DNA of 64,000 bases from Enoplolaimus lenunculus (lineage: Eukaryota), in the NCBI GenBank assembly GCA_030248215.1, contig JASANG010004131.1:62001-126000 (forward strand), read 5' to 3'. The notes beneath the pieces were generated by a model. It had not been told where the DNA came from, made no database searches, and was given only the letters and a program-made list of their open reading frames with translations. Shown here piece by piece: positions 14,756 to 26,700 of the stretch. The translations under genes and the position numbers were made by a program. Positions within the stretch are counted from its first letter, which is position 1; every line of letters starts with the position of its first letter.

Positions 14756-16277
14756 AGCCAACCGTGATTGTAGTAGATACTCAATCTCGATGCAAACGTT
14801 TGGTCCTAAACTCTGCTGGTGAGCAGGCCTTGGTGGTGCCCCTTTGGAAACGCCAAAGCACACCAACCACCGTACTAACGGAATCGTATTTTAGCTAGAA
14901 CGGTACCTGATTCAAGCTAATGTATTAAACACGGCCGCAACAGCAGTATAAACATATTCCTAAGCCTAAGCCAAGCATAAGCGTAAGAATGAGCTTATAC
15001 CAATGCCTAAGTCTAAGTAAAAATTAGTCTAAAAGCTTAAGCTTACTTTCTCGCAGTCACGCAGAAAAACGTTCCGCCCATAAACTTTACATGGGCCTGG
15101 TGAGACATTTAGATGACTAAAATAAATTAGCACTGATTATTAATGAGCTTTATAGTTCAGCTTACAACTGTAAAAGCGGTTTTATATATGATTTCGCGCT
15201 TTGTTGCCGACAGAGCAGATGCAAATGGACTTTGTAGTTTCTGGATCGCGTTTCGCGGTTATATATCATGACAGTTTAAATGCGAGACTGTTGCATGATA
15301 TATGACAACTGAAATTATCGCTCGTGCTGCGCTCAAAGGTAACCCGTGCTCCCGAAGACTGCGAAAGCATAGATCAATGGCCATATTGATAAATGTGTGT
15401 TGCACCCATCACCAGTTAGTGATCGGCATTGTAACATTCGAATCAGTGAATGATGAACTCTAAATACATTTTCCACCCTTTGCTTGCCCGGCTTCGGGGC
15501 AAATTTTAAGATCCGCAACTGCTGATTTTAGTTAGTTTGAAAACCTGGGCCAATATTCTCAAATGCATATAGCACATATTACCAGCTAGCAATACGTTTT
15601 CAAACTAAACGAACTGCTTCAATTGCAGATCTCAAAATTTGTCTGTTAGTTGAATAAGTCGAATGTAATAAATGTACTGCATTTCAAACCTCACCATTTC
15701 CTGGTTCGAAAGTTACAAGACCTGTCGCCAACTGGTAATATGTGCTACACAGATTTGAGAATACGGGCTCAGGCACTAAACTGGTGACAGGTACTTTGAG
15801 AGTATCACATTTTGCTTGCGTTGCTTCTGTGCAAATTTTAAGATCCACAACTTCTGAAGTGAGTTAGTTTGAAAACCTGGCACTAAGTGGTTACAAGTGC
15901 GTTGAGAGTATGGACCCCTTGGTTAGGTTCCTTTTTGAAAACTTAGGTTTAGGTTTAGAAATACGCTTAGGCTAGCAGACGAGTATAAGCATTTATGACT
16001 TAAATTGCTACGGGCTGTTTCGGCTTAATGTGGATATTTTAGCACGTTGGGACGTATATATGTCGCAGCACAAATCGCTATACCGGTTATTTTGCTACGT
16101 ATAATCCCGTTAAGTGCAGTGAAAGGATTGCCTACGCGTGCAAGTTACTGCTGTTCTGTGTTTACCATCGACACCGATTTTGTCAAGCAATTTACATAAT
16201 GCCTGACAAGGCGGTACTCTAGCTAAAAACAGCTAAATACAGCAGAGTATTTTGAACGGAGCAAAATACCCAGCGTA

Positions 16278-16394
16278 CGGGCCCGTTACCAAGGGGGAGT
16301 TTTCAACCCTGCTCATAACTCATTGAAAGCCCTTTAATGCCCGTCCTGAAAAATATTTAGCCCCTCGTAGCAAGGTGAGCTGGCTACGGGCCTG
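16278..16394. mobile_element. hAT-type MITE (CAGGCCCGTAGCCA family)
   Basis: TIRs, TSD CCAGCGTA/CCAGCATA. Confidence 0.8.
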
Positions 16395-16721
16395 CCAGCA
16401 TAGCAATTTGCGGTACGACATATATACGATGCAATGTTTGAAAAGCCTGTGTTTTTCTCGTCTGTTTGAATTTCACGGCTTATATGTTCCTATCCCACTA
16501 GTATGCGCTTGTATTAAAAGAGCAAACTAAAGCTTAGCGCAGATAGTGATGTTCATATTAGAGGTCAAAAATCAATATATCCCTCTCTAATCTTTTGTAC
16601 GTTTCAACATCATGCTTGTAAGTCATCGAATACCTTCGTATGCAATTCTACTAAAGTTATTTTAGCCCTCGAGCAAGGTGAGCTGGCTGTAAACCTCTCC
16701 TTTCACCGAAATGCTGGTTTA

Positions 16722-17057
16722 AGCCCTGTTCACACGTGCAAGTTTTTGCTGCGAGAACTTGCAGCTGCAACTTGCACGAAATACTTGCAGCTGCAAGTAT
16801 TTGTAAAGAATCATAACTTTCATTCTGAACCTTGACATGAATTTATGTGAATAATTTGCAGACCACTGCAATAAATATAAAATATACCCTCAGTTTATTT
16901 AGCCAATGATGATAAATGAATTCGACTTGCAGGATTATTCATACCTACGAATTAGTTCTTCACATATATTAATCAACTTCAAATCTGCTTTGTGACCTCA
17001 CATGCAAGTGGCGCGTGCAAGTTTTTGCTGCAAAAACTTGCACGTGTGAATAAGGCT
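16722..17057. mobile_element. PIF/Harbinger (Tourist-like) MITE
   Basis: TTA|AGCCCTGTTCACACGTGCAAGTTTTTGC...GCAAAAACTTGCACGTGTGAATAAGGCT|TTA, 3-bp TTA TSD. Confidence 0.85.
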
Positions 17058-17070
17058 TTACTCCTGAGCC

Positions 17071-17183
17071 TTAAAATAGATATCAAAAGCTTAAATCCTA
17101 TTGGTTGATTAAACAGATATCAAAAGCTTAAATCCTATTGGTTGATTAAAATAGATATCAAACGCTTAAATTCTATTGGATGA
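17071..17183. repeat. Three tandem 37-38-bp units, each with an ATTGG (reverse CCAAT)
   Basis: TTAAAATAGATATCAAAAGCTTAAATCCTATTGGTTGA x3. Confidence 0.85.
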
Positions 17184-19373
17184 TCGTAAATAATTAATAA
17201 CGCAGTATGATTGGTTAATTAAAATATCTAAAAAAGGTGATGAATAAAAGTCGCTTATTTTATCGTACGACATACTGTAGTCGCTATATTCAAGGTTACA
17301 ACCACTTTCAACCTTTATACTCGAAAAATCATCAGTGTCTGCGTTTTGTTTTCAAATAAAATTAACGTTGTTTATTAGCTTTTTATACGAGAAATACTAA
17401 AAGTTTACAGTGACTCACACTCAGGCCCGTTGCCAGCTCACCTTGATAGGGGTAGGGAGGGGGCTGAAAAAGTTTTCAGGGGGGCATACAAGGGTTTTCG
17501 TTGACTTACAAGTTGAAAATTTTCTTGGGGGGAGGGCAAATTTTTCCAGGAAGAGCTGAGCCCCACTAGCCCCCCTCCCTTGGCTACAGGCTCGTTCACG
17601 TTGATGAAGACTGTGTTGTTGGCTTATGTATTTGGGTCACTGTTATCTGTCACTTTTATATCGGCTCGTGGCAGTTTACTAAGGAGATTTTAAAATTTTA
17701 CGGTGGTATGCAAGATATGTCAGATGACTTACAAGAAAGTTGGAAACTTTTTTTAGTTGACCAAAATTTGGGTGTTTTCAGTTATCTCTGCCAGCCGGCG
17801 TTTGCCCAAAAATGGTTGGATTTGAAAATTTTTTTGCATATTTCATCTCATAACTTTGTCTGATTAATCCACGCCTAAATTTGAATTTTTGAAAAATTCG
17901 ATTTTTTATGGTCCCAAGGTCTCCACTTGGGACTAAAATAGTATATATTTCTTCAAAAAGTTTGACAAATTATAAACTATTCGACATAGGTTGCGGAGCT
18001 GAGTGAACTGATGTTAAACGTTCTGCAATCAGACGCCGACTTAAAATGTTATTGTCAAATAACTGATTTGGCTCGCTGCCACCGGTTTGTGCGGGGGGAG
18101 GCGGAACGAAAAAAAAAAAACAGGCCCAGGGGAGAAGCTCAAGTATGCAAAAAAATTTATAAAATCAAACAAAAACCGATACCATTAAAGGTTGACTGCG
18201 GTTTTTTATTTAACTGTCAACATAAATGCAGCTGTAGAATAACGATTTCCTGCCTGACGGGGAACTGCCGTTTTTGTGTTCCAATCGTCCTGTACCTAAC
18301 CTCGTCCATCTTCCTCGTATTGTACTAGAAAACACGTTTTGAACGTCCACAGTGTAAACGGATAGTAAAAATAACGGAAACGGAAAACTGATATTGAAGT
18401 GTAAAACGTTCAACGACGTTTTATTTTTCTGCCAACGCAATTGAGGCATGCAAATATTCACCGGGTTTTCTAAAATTTTAAAAGAAACAAATGAAGGATG
18501 CATCAAAATTTTTAAGATTTTGGATGGATTTCGTATATGTCTATATCATTTGGAACAATTGTAGCATATCTGTAATGACAAATTGAAAAAATAGAAGCTG
18601 CTGATTTATAACTAATTTTGAGCGCAAAAATTACTGAATTTCCGTCATTTCTATAACGGAAACGACAACGGACACCGATGTTTACCGGAAACGGGTATCC
18701 AGTTACACCCTGTGAATGTCAAAATGCACTATTTGCATCGCTAAATTTTTAACATTAAAGACTGACGAATAAATCCCGTATCCACGCCTGGATCCGCTTG
18801 TTAATTGATGCGCTAAACTGCCAATTTAGTCTTTAAATCAACGAGAACTATTTAGACCGACGCATTTTTTGTCAATTATTACTTTTTAAAATTCAATTTT
18901 AATTCACCCACGTACATATTTCCAGTGTCTCTATTTTAAGGTCATATGTTGCGGTTGATCAAACACAGACAATTTTAATCGGATCAGCTTTTTTTAAAAT
19001 TAATTTACGTCGTTGCTTTTTGCCCGGTCCCGCAGCCAAGGGGGGGAGAGGTTCAGCCCCTTGAAAAAATTTCGGCCCCCCATAGAAGGTTTTTAATTTC
19101 GCTTGTAAGTCATTGAACACCTTTAAATGCCCGCCCTGAACAATTTTTAGCCCCTCTAGCAACGTGGGTTACGGGTCTGTTTTTGTACCATTCAACAACT
19201 GTAACCTGTGGTATTTGTCTATATGGTACTGTTTAACTTAGAATTACTCTACGGGATTCGTTGGAAACTGACAGAGACGCTGTCCAGCGGATGCGATCCC
19301 GCGGTATATTTGTAGACGTATCTTGTGGTACTAAACTTACGGTATATGGAGGCACTGTAGCGAAGTTTTCCGC

Positions 19374-19445
19374 CGCTGCGTAGTTCAGTGGTTGGAGCAG
19401 CGAACCGGTAATCCGTACGTCGTGGGTTGTAACCTCACTGCATCT
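19374..19445 (+). pseudogene. Degenerate tRNA-like sequence (tRNA pseudogene or SINE head)
   Basis: A-box-like TAGTTCAGTGG, D stem GTTC/GAGC, loop CCGGTAA, T stem GTGGG/CTCAC. T-loop is TTGTAAC and the acceptor stem has mismatches. Confidence 0.6.
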
Positions 19446-22030
19446 ATAACAAAATTATCCTGAAAGGCTTAATATGGAATTGAGAGTAACTTAAGAATCA
19501 CTATTAGTTGCTGTGTTATCGATGCGAACAAGGGTATGTAAGAACATAAAGGTCATATCGCTTCCGTAAATTTCTTAAGCTTCCGTAAATTTCTCAAGAC
19601 CAGGGGCATCCACAGAAAATTCTATCTGGGTGAGTACCGAATAATTTTGGGGTCCTACAATTACAATTCAAGAACGTTTACTTTTGGACCAAGTCTATTT
19701 GGAGGCACTAGCCAAATTTAGTGGGCCGGCCCCCAATGCCCCATGTGGGGACACTCCTGTTGAAGAGACGTAAAAACTCAACTTTTCAAACGGTTTAAAG
19801 CAACCGTTTTGATCGTAAGTACAGGTCAAAAACATTTTCTCGCTTGCTTTCAATTGAACTTTTACATGACGCGTATTCCGTTTTAAACTAAAATCGTTGC
19901 AAAATGTTTGTTTCAAATTAAAATTTAATTTGTCATAATCGAGTCGAGACACACAAGTGTCCGCTCCTGCAATTTTAAACTCAAAACAGTTAAACGGTTG
20001 TATATTTTAAATTGAAACCGTAGTAATTTTTAACGAAAACTCCCGAAATTGCACTATGTTTGATCGGAGGCACTCACGTCTAAACCCATCACCATGGATA
20101 AAAATTAAATTTTGTTCTGAGATTTACTACTAAAATTGTGTTTGGCTTTTCCCCTACGAGGTAATTTGCGTCAATACGGGTATATCTCGTGTGGCGGTCC
20201 CCGTCAGAAATTTTTTTTGGATCCGCCGCCTGCCGATGCTCGTGTTAAATGACCGACGGAATTGGGGGGATTAAAATTTTGTTGCGACTTCTCCGGCCGG
20301 CGTCGTATAAGTGTCATTGTATTGTAGACAGAGACTGCTAAATGGTGCACTATACTATGTTTCAGTGTTCAATACAATGACGATGTTGTTTAAAATAGAC
20401 GAACATAATATTAAATTTAGGACAAATTTTGCATTTTAATTTTGAAATTACAACCGAGGCTACTGATAGATGTTACCAGTGCACAACGTTTCAGTTGAAT
20501 GATAATTTGTCGTACTGGGTAACCAGATGCGGATCCACAAAAATTTTTGACTCTGGGGCAAATGCAATCAAACGCAAAAATTGTAAGGTAGGGACCGTAT
20601 CATTTTATCACCAAACAAATTTCTGAGGGCGAAAAATTTGACAAGTAGGGACGTTACCATTTTAACACAAAAAATGCTGACGGGAGTGTTGAGTTTAACG
20701 ACGGATTGGACGGGATTATGTGGATCGATGATTGATTTCGTTTTCAGAATTGAGAGTACCAAATATAGCGTATGGTTTTTCGTTCGTCAGCGTTTGCCCT
20801 AAATTCCACTATTTTTCATTCCTGCCTGAAAATGTAGCATGTGTCTTTGAGACTTTTCGTTCCTTGCTCACTAAACGTGAAGGTACGCACGGCAATGCTG
20901 CGCGCTACCCGCAGGTAATCGCGGGCCGGGTAAAAACATTTTGATCCGGGTATACCCATCACGAGTAAAAAAATTTTCAAAGTGCAGGTAAAAATTCGTT
21001 AACGTTTATTTACTCACTTACACGAATGACATACGGAATTGCATCACAGGTCATTATTGATGTTTGGAGGTGAAATTGTGTTATCTCCTACGGTCTCGAT
21101 TTTTAAGAATAGCCTAACCGAAATTGATTTAACTAATTTCGTCAAATTCGACCGAAACTTAGGTTAGATATTTTAGTGGATTCCGTTCGCTTTCTAGCTT
21201 CGGCCCATGCATCGAACACGGCTGGAACAGTAGTATTAGTATATTCCTAAGCCTAAGCGTATCGATGAGCCTATTCCTAAGCCTAAGCCTAAGCAAAAAA
21301 AAATTAGTCTAAAGCTTCAAACTGACTGTATTATAGTCCCTCCGGAAAACGATCCGGCCCTGTTCTATACATGGGCCCTAGCCTCTAATTTTATTGAGCA
21401 CCAATGTTATTGTTTGTTTTTCTGTATTTGTAACGTCTACATACATTCTGACTGCTCAATAAACAAATACAAAAACTATATATACTTTGGGAGAGATCCA
21501 CGTTGAGATTTGCCTTCGCTGTTGTTTTTGCATCGAATTTCATTCAAACGACATACTTCAACATTAATTTCATTCAAACGTGTCATAATCATGGTTTTTA
21601 TTGAATGATATATGACTTACCGTGTCACTTTCTAGTCCACGACAGTGTCATCATTGCTCAAACTGTGGGTGGATTGAATGCTGGGTTAGAGACAAAATGC
21701 GCTTAGGAAATTATAGGAGTGAGGCAAAAAATATATGGAATGTCATGTTGGTCCATTTGCAATTGATCACTGGTCTGTTATTGGCTATTTTGTTTGCTCA
21801 GAAACTTTCGTTGAGTGTTTGAGTGCTTCTAGGTCAGATGATTTCGGGAAACTTAATCCGCAGACATCACCCACAAAATTGTGGTGGGGCCTACCAGTAG
21901 TATACACCCTCTGTTGGGACGGTCGTTGAGGCTGTCCCAAGTGAGGGTGTTAGCCCCCTGAGAATCGAAAATTTTTTCATGTGGGGGAGATATTTTCCTC
22001 TAGGTAGGGTAGGTCATTTGCGTTTTTCCC

Positions 22031-22328
22031 CAAGCCAGCGTTTGCCCAAAATCGGTCTATTCTGAAAATTTTTTGCATATTTCATCTTCTTATGACATCC
22101 CCTGAACGTTCCACGCGTAAATTTGACTTTTTGAAAAATTTGTTCAGGGTCCCACCCAAGGTCCCCACCGTCGGACTAAGCTCCGCACGCCGCATAGGGA
22201 CCTCGGGACCTTTCGAATTTTTCAAAAAATCAAATCTAGGCGCAGAATGATCAGGCGAGGTCATGAGAAGATGAAATATGCAAAAAACATTCAAAATGTA
22301 ACCATTTTTGGTCAAACGCAGGCTGGCG
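22031..22328. mobile_element. Palindromic MITE (unclassified)
   Basis: GCCAGCGTTTGCCCAAAA...TTTTGGTCAAACGCAGGCTGGC with long internal inverted symmetry. Half-copy at ~17790-17935. Confidence 0.7.
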
Positions 22329-22509
22329 CGCATTAGAAACAACGGAAAAGACCCGGAAATTTTTCTAAAACAGCTCCCTGTTAATCGTCCATGTCTTCCT
22401 TTTCGCTACTGCCCAATAAACACAACAAATGATATACATTATATTGCTTATTATACCGTCCCAGTGTAAAACTTAACAGTAAATTAATGACGAATACTTG
22501 TGTAGATAT

Positions 22510-22674
22510 GAACATGTTTCAACATGGGCTTCAAGAGAGAAATACTTAAAGAACTGACATCATTTGACCTGTGAACACGTGGAACTCAAACAAAATTGGC
22601 GCTGTGCCATTGTATTGTTTCAAGTTTTAATCTGTGAGTTCAAAATTATTCGACACAGCTAATTTGTTGTGAGT
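22510..22674 (+). promoter_or_regulatory. Candidate promoter / first non-coding exon of gene A
   Basis: Non-repetitive island with GAACATGTTT-CAACATGGGC (p53-like element), TGACATCA, a CACGTG E-box and GTGAGT donors at 22634 and 22669. An acceptor lies at 25926. Confidence 0.25.
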
Positions 22675-23664
22675 TTCATGGTTTTCGGTAGCGTTTTATT
22701 GTTTGTGGTTTTGTTTAGTGGTGAATGGGCCCACGGGGGGCACTCAGCCATTCCTGGGAGAATTTTGCCCCTTCCTTAGAAAATTTTCAACTTTGTTTGC
22801 AATGGCGGATCCACGGGGGGCCACACTGGCCGTGCCCCCCCAAACAGCATCTCGACAAAAATTATATAGTGTCAATTGCTGTTCTACGCTGTTTATTTGT
22901 CTGTTTTATACACAATAGTATAAGCACGCTTTAAAAGTTTCTTGGCCCTGGAGTCATTTATGCGCTACAATTAGGGATAATAGACATTTATGGACTCTAA
23001 CAAGGGTTTAAGGACTCTACCCAATTACGGATTCTTATTAGGGATACGGACTCTTATTAATTGGGACTCAAAACGGGCCCCCCTCTTGGTCAAAAATAAG
23101 TTTATTACCTGTGAAATTTTGCCCCCCCATTTTGAGATCCTGGATCCGCCACTGCTTGTAAGTTACCGAAACCCCGTTGTATGCCCCTTCTGAAAAATGT
23201 TTAGCATTCCTAGCAAGGTAAGCTGGCTATGGGACTGCCTGGGACTCTTGTACGCTTTTATCCACATGTAAGGTTAACGCTTCACTCATCAGGTTTGGGG
23301 AAATGCTTAGGTGGAAGCTTAGGCTGAAAGCCTTTTATAATCTTAACCCTGACCCTAAGCATTTTCCATAAACCTAAGCCTGGTCGGGAAGGTACGAGAG
23401 TCCAGTGGCGTTTAGATCTGTTACACTTTACCTTACAGTTTTCATAATTTCTGAGCAAATACCTCTCAGACTCGTGTTGTTTCATTTAAGGCCGTGGCTC
23501 CGTGACTGCTTTTCCCGACCTGCCTGTGTGTCTGTAACGATGTCGGTAGTTTGGTGTTGTTTCATAACTGAGTTATATGATAACGCGAATGTTTCCCTTG
23601 AATTTCCCATCTATCGAGGTTGATGTGAATATAACCAGAGTCATCCGAGAATCTGAAGTAATTT

Positions 23665-23820
23665 TTAATACATATGTATGTATATATGTATAATATTTAT
23701 AAGTATAAATATATATATTTATATATATGTATATATAATATATATTTATATATGTATATATATAATATATAATATATATTATGTATATGTATATATAATA
23801 TATATATTTATATATATCTA
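23665..23820. repeat. Degenerate (TA)n low-complexity tract
   Basis: Seen directly. Similar tracts at 27920-27980 and 44090-44143. Confidence 0.9.
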
Positions 23821-24322
23821 ACAATACCTCAGTTGTTGAGATATCGCTTTTTATTGTATTTTGTTCCATTTTATAAAAGAGTTTAGTCAGCGTCATCAAG
23901 GTGAAATATTGCACAAACATATATTGTTTCGGAAATAACTTGTCAACAAATGAAAATGCAAAGGTATTGGATGCAAAAGATTTTTGAAAAAAATTGTCAT
24001 TGATTTTTTGAAACATTGATTTAAGGTCTCCCCTGCTTTGATATTCTTACAAAACGAACGCCAAATGTGCCTTCTGAAACAGGCGGTAATACTTATAACG
24101 TAAAAGGTCGAATTGGAGAGTGATGATGCTACAACAGCAATGAATTTTTTCAGGACGAAAATTTACTAACGTGGATTATTTGCGTTCAAACTGTGGTATT
24201 TTTTTAGGCAACTCCAGATTTTGAGCTAATATTTAGATTGGACTCGATCCTCTGGTAATTCGGCGGTGGGGGGTGCCCCACTAGCAGTGGCGAATCCAGA
24301 AATTTATTAAAGGTGCGACCGC

Positions 24323-24595
24323 CGGGCCCGTAGCCAATGGGGGCCGGGTATCGTGTGTTTGCGACCAGTGAGCATTAACAGCGTAGCCATATGATGAAAA
24401 CATGTAGTGGAAATGTCGAGCCCGTAGCCAACGGAGGCCGGGGGGCGGGCGGCGGGGGCTCAGCAACCAATGGAAAAATTTTGGCCCCCCTAGAAAGTTT
24501 TGAAACTTGCTTGTAGCTCATTGAAAACCGTTGAATGCCCTTCCTGAAAATTTTTTAGCCCCACCCCGTAGCAAGTTGATCTAGCTACGGGCATG
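24323..24595. mobile_element. hAT-type MITE, nested in a repeat cluster
   Basis: CGGGCCCGTAGCCA...TAGCTACGGGCATG, perfect TSD GCGACCGC. Confidence 0.8.
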
Positions 24596-24610
24596 GCGAC
24601 CGCGCCAGAT

Positions 24611-24954
24611 CTCTCTAAAAGCTTAAACTAACTTGATTTAACCTTAAGCTAATCCACCAGTATGAAACTTACTTTCTAGGTTAACTAAACTAACTGGTAG
24701 GTTTACGCTTAAACTCGTTTAAAATCTTACATATTTTCAGTTTAAGCTAAACTTATTGAACTCTTAGATACACGGCTGCACTTGTTACTTAATCAAAAAA
24801 TAAGCTTAGTTAAAGTCGTGTTAAGCTTAAAAACACGTTAGTTTAAGTAAAATTTAAAATTCTAGTTCAGTTAGTCCGTCCAGCCATTTAAGTTTTACTT
24901 AAAGTGATATTCAAGTTTAGTTAAGCTATAATTTAAGTTTAAGTTTTTAGAGTG
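24611..24954. mobile_element. CACTCTAAAA-ended MITE rich in TTAAG/CTTAA motifs
   Basis: TIR CTCTCTAAAAGCTTAAAC...TTAAGTTTTTAGAGTG. Highly similar copy at 58713-59056. Confidence 0.8.
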
Positions 24955-26089
24955 TATAATGGTATAAAAAACTCACAAGAGAAATTGAGCGAGAATCCAA
25001 ACGCCATCCTAGTGCCTAAGTGCCTTAATACAAAGTCTTAATTTTGAACCTTGTTTAAGACGAGGCCTTGGTCAGGCATGATGGCGTTCCCATTGGACAA
25101 GCCAGTTTGCTCATTAGAGATATATGCCCCGGATCTTGTTTGGCACGAGTTCGAAGACGTCTGTTTAGTCGTGTTAACCGGGGTAGACTTGGCAAATATT
25201 GCTAAACATTTATTGTTCGCATTACAAAATACAAATTATCTATAATAGTACAAGGTGTTTTCGCTGTACTTGAGGCTGTTCGCGTTAACCATTTTATTAT
25301 CCAGAAACTAAAATTATTTTGCTTGAAAAGTGTGATTTTTTTTCGCAATCTTTGGGTAAGCAAAGCTTTGCAAGCGTTATTTGTTGGTTTTGCCAGATAT
25401 CAGTTGTCATTTAACCCACAAATGTAAACAGGTGTGTTGTTTGGGTTGTGACACTATTTGGTCGTCGTAATTATACGTACGTACTAGATTTGAACTAACA
25501 CAGAATTTAAAAATTTTTTACTAGGATATTGGGTTTAGTACACTACTGTCATAACAGGCCTACGAACACGATTGATTGTCTAAACCTATTTCTTTTCTTA
25601 TGAATGTTTTAAGTATGGGCTTAAGCCGAAGCCTTAACTTTATATTTGGGGGGAGGGAGTGTAAGCCTTTCTGAGCGAAAGTCTAAGCCTTAACATTAAA
25701 TCTGAACGAAAAGTGTATGCCTTTTTGAGCCTAAGGGGTAACTTTAATTTTGGACGACAAGGATAAAATTGCGCTTAGCTTATCGGTCGCTTATATGTAA
25801 GTGCGAGTAGCAGCCTTCGTCAGAAATTTCTCGACCTGCCACTGTTTCAATTACACGGATGTTAACTTTAAATTTTATTTCAATTTGAAGTGAAACTTTT
25901 CATTTTGAATTATTTTCTATTTTCAGCGTTTAACGTATTATGTAGAGTAAATTTTTGCAACGAAACGTTATTCAAACTTAAAAGGTCAAACCTTATAAAA
26001 CCGTTCAACCGAGACATTTTGCTCAACAATTCGTGTCGTATCAGTAAACATCGTTCACAACAAGTGCCTCTCAGCTACTCTTAGGGAGC

Positions 26090-26651
26090 ATGGATCCCTC
26101 GCTTTGCCGTCAACCAGGGGGTCCACTCGATGGAGACGACTCATGCAGCTCAACAGCAGTGTATCCAGTGCCGCCTGACAGTGGATATTTTTCACCGTTT
26201 ACCCCTCAAACTCAAGGAGCGAACAACAATTCACCAACGACAAGTTCAACGACATCCAGTTCAACTACAACGGAACCGGAAATATTCAACTTTGAGCATA
26301 TTCAAAATTCGCATCCGCTTCCGGAAAAATGTGTCAGTTACGACGAATCTGCGGCAGCGGTGGTTTCCGCTCAAATTGGACCAACAAAGACACCAAAACA
26401 GCTGGATATGAGCCAAAGTGCAGTGTATTTACGGCGTCGAAAATCACGGAGCGCTCCTGATATTCCCAGTGGAACAGTTTCAACTCGAATGGCGAGAAAG
26501 CAATCGTCGAATGGCGACGCTCAGATGCATACAAGCGTCAAAGATGCTCAACGAACAACAGCCATGGATGTGCCACATCAACAATTCGCTCAACGTCAGT
26601 GGAAAATTGCACCGAATCGCGAACAGCCTAATATGGTGTCTAACGCTTCAG
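26090..26651 (+). CDS. Gene A coding exon 1: BH3-only, BIM-like pro-apoptotic protein (N-terminal disordered regulatory region)
   Basis: ATG at 26090 in a 204-codon ORF. Donor CAG|GTACGA after 26651 (562 nt, phase 1). Encodes VPPDSGYFSP (26168-26197), PEIFNFE (26276-26296) and RRRKSRSAP (26432-26458). The first two motifs recur in the 49394 minus-strand ORF. An upstream acceptor TTTTCAG| at 25926 suggests the exon starts in 5'UTR. Confidence 0.85.
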
Positions 26652-26700
26652 GTACGAGTGAGCTTTGTACGCTAAGCCAACAACAGCAGGGCTGTCTCGG

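Noticed and set aside
17071..17183. CRISPR-like repeat array
   Set aside because: Head-to-tail repeats with no unique spacers, eukaryotic context, no cas genes.
19374..19445. Functional tRNA-Thr(GGT)
   Set aside because: T-loop lacks TTCGA, acceptor and anticodon stems are mismatched, and GGT is atypical for eukaryotic cytosolic tRNA-Thr.
23573..24016. 147-aa Tyr/Ile-rich ORF (also 27807-28088)
   Set aside because: Translation of TA-rich low-complexity sequence.
24284..25844. One 1.56-kb hAT element bounded by CAGTGGC...GCCACTG
   Set aside because: The ends are roughly inverted but the flanks (CCCACTAG vs TTTCAATT) are not a TSD, so they may be separate fragments.
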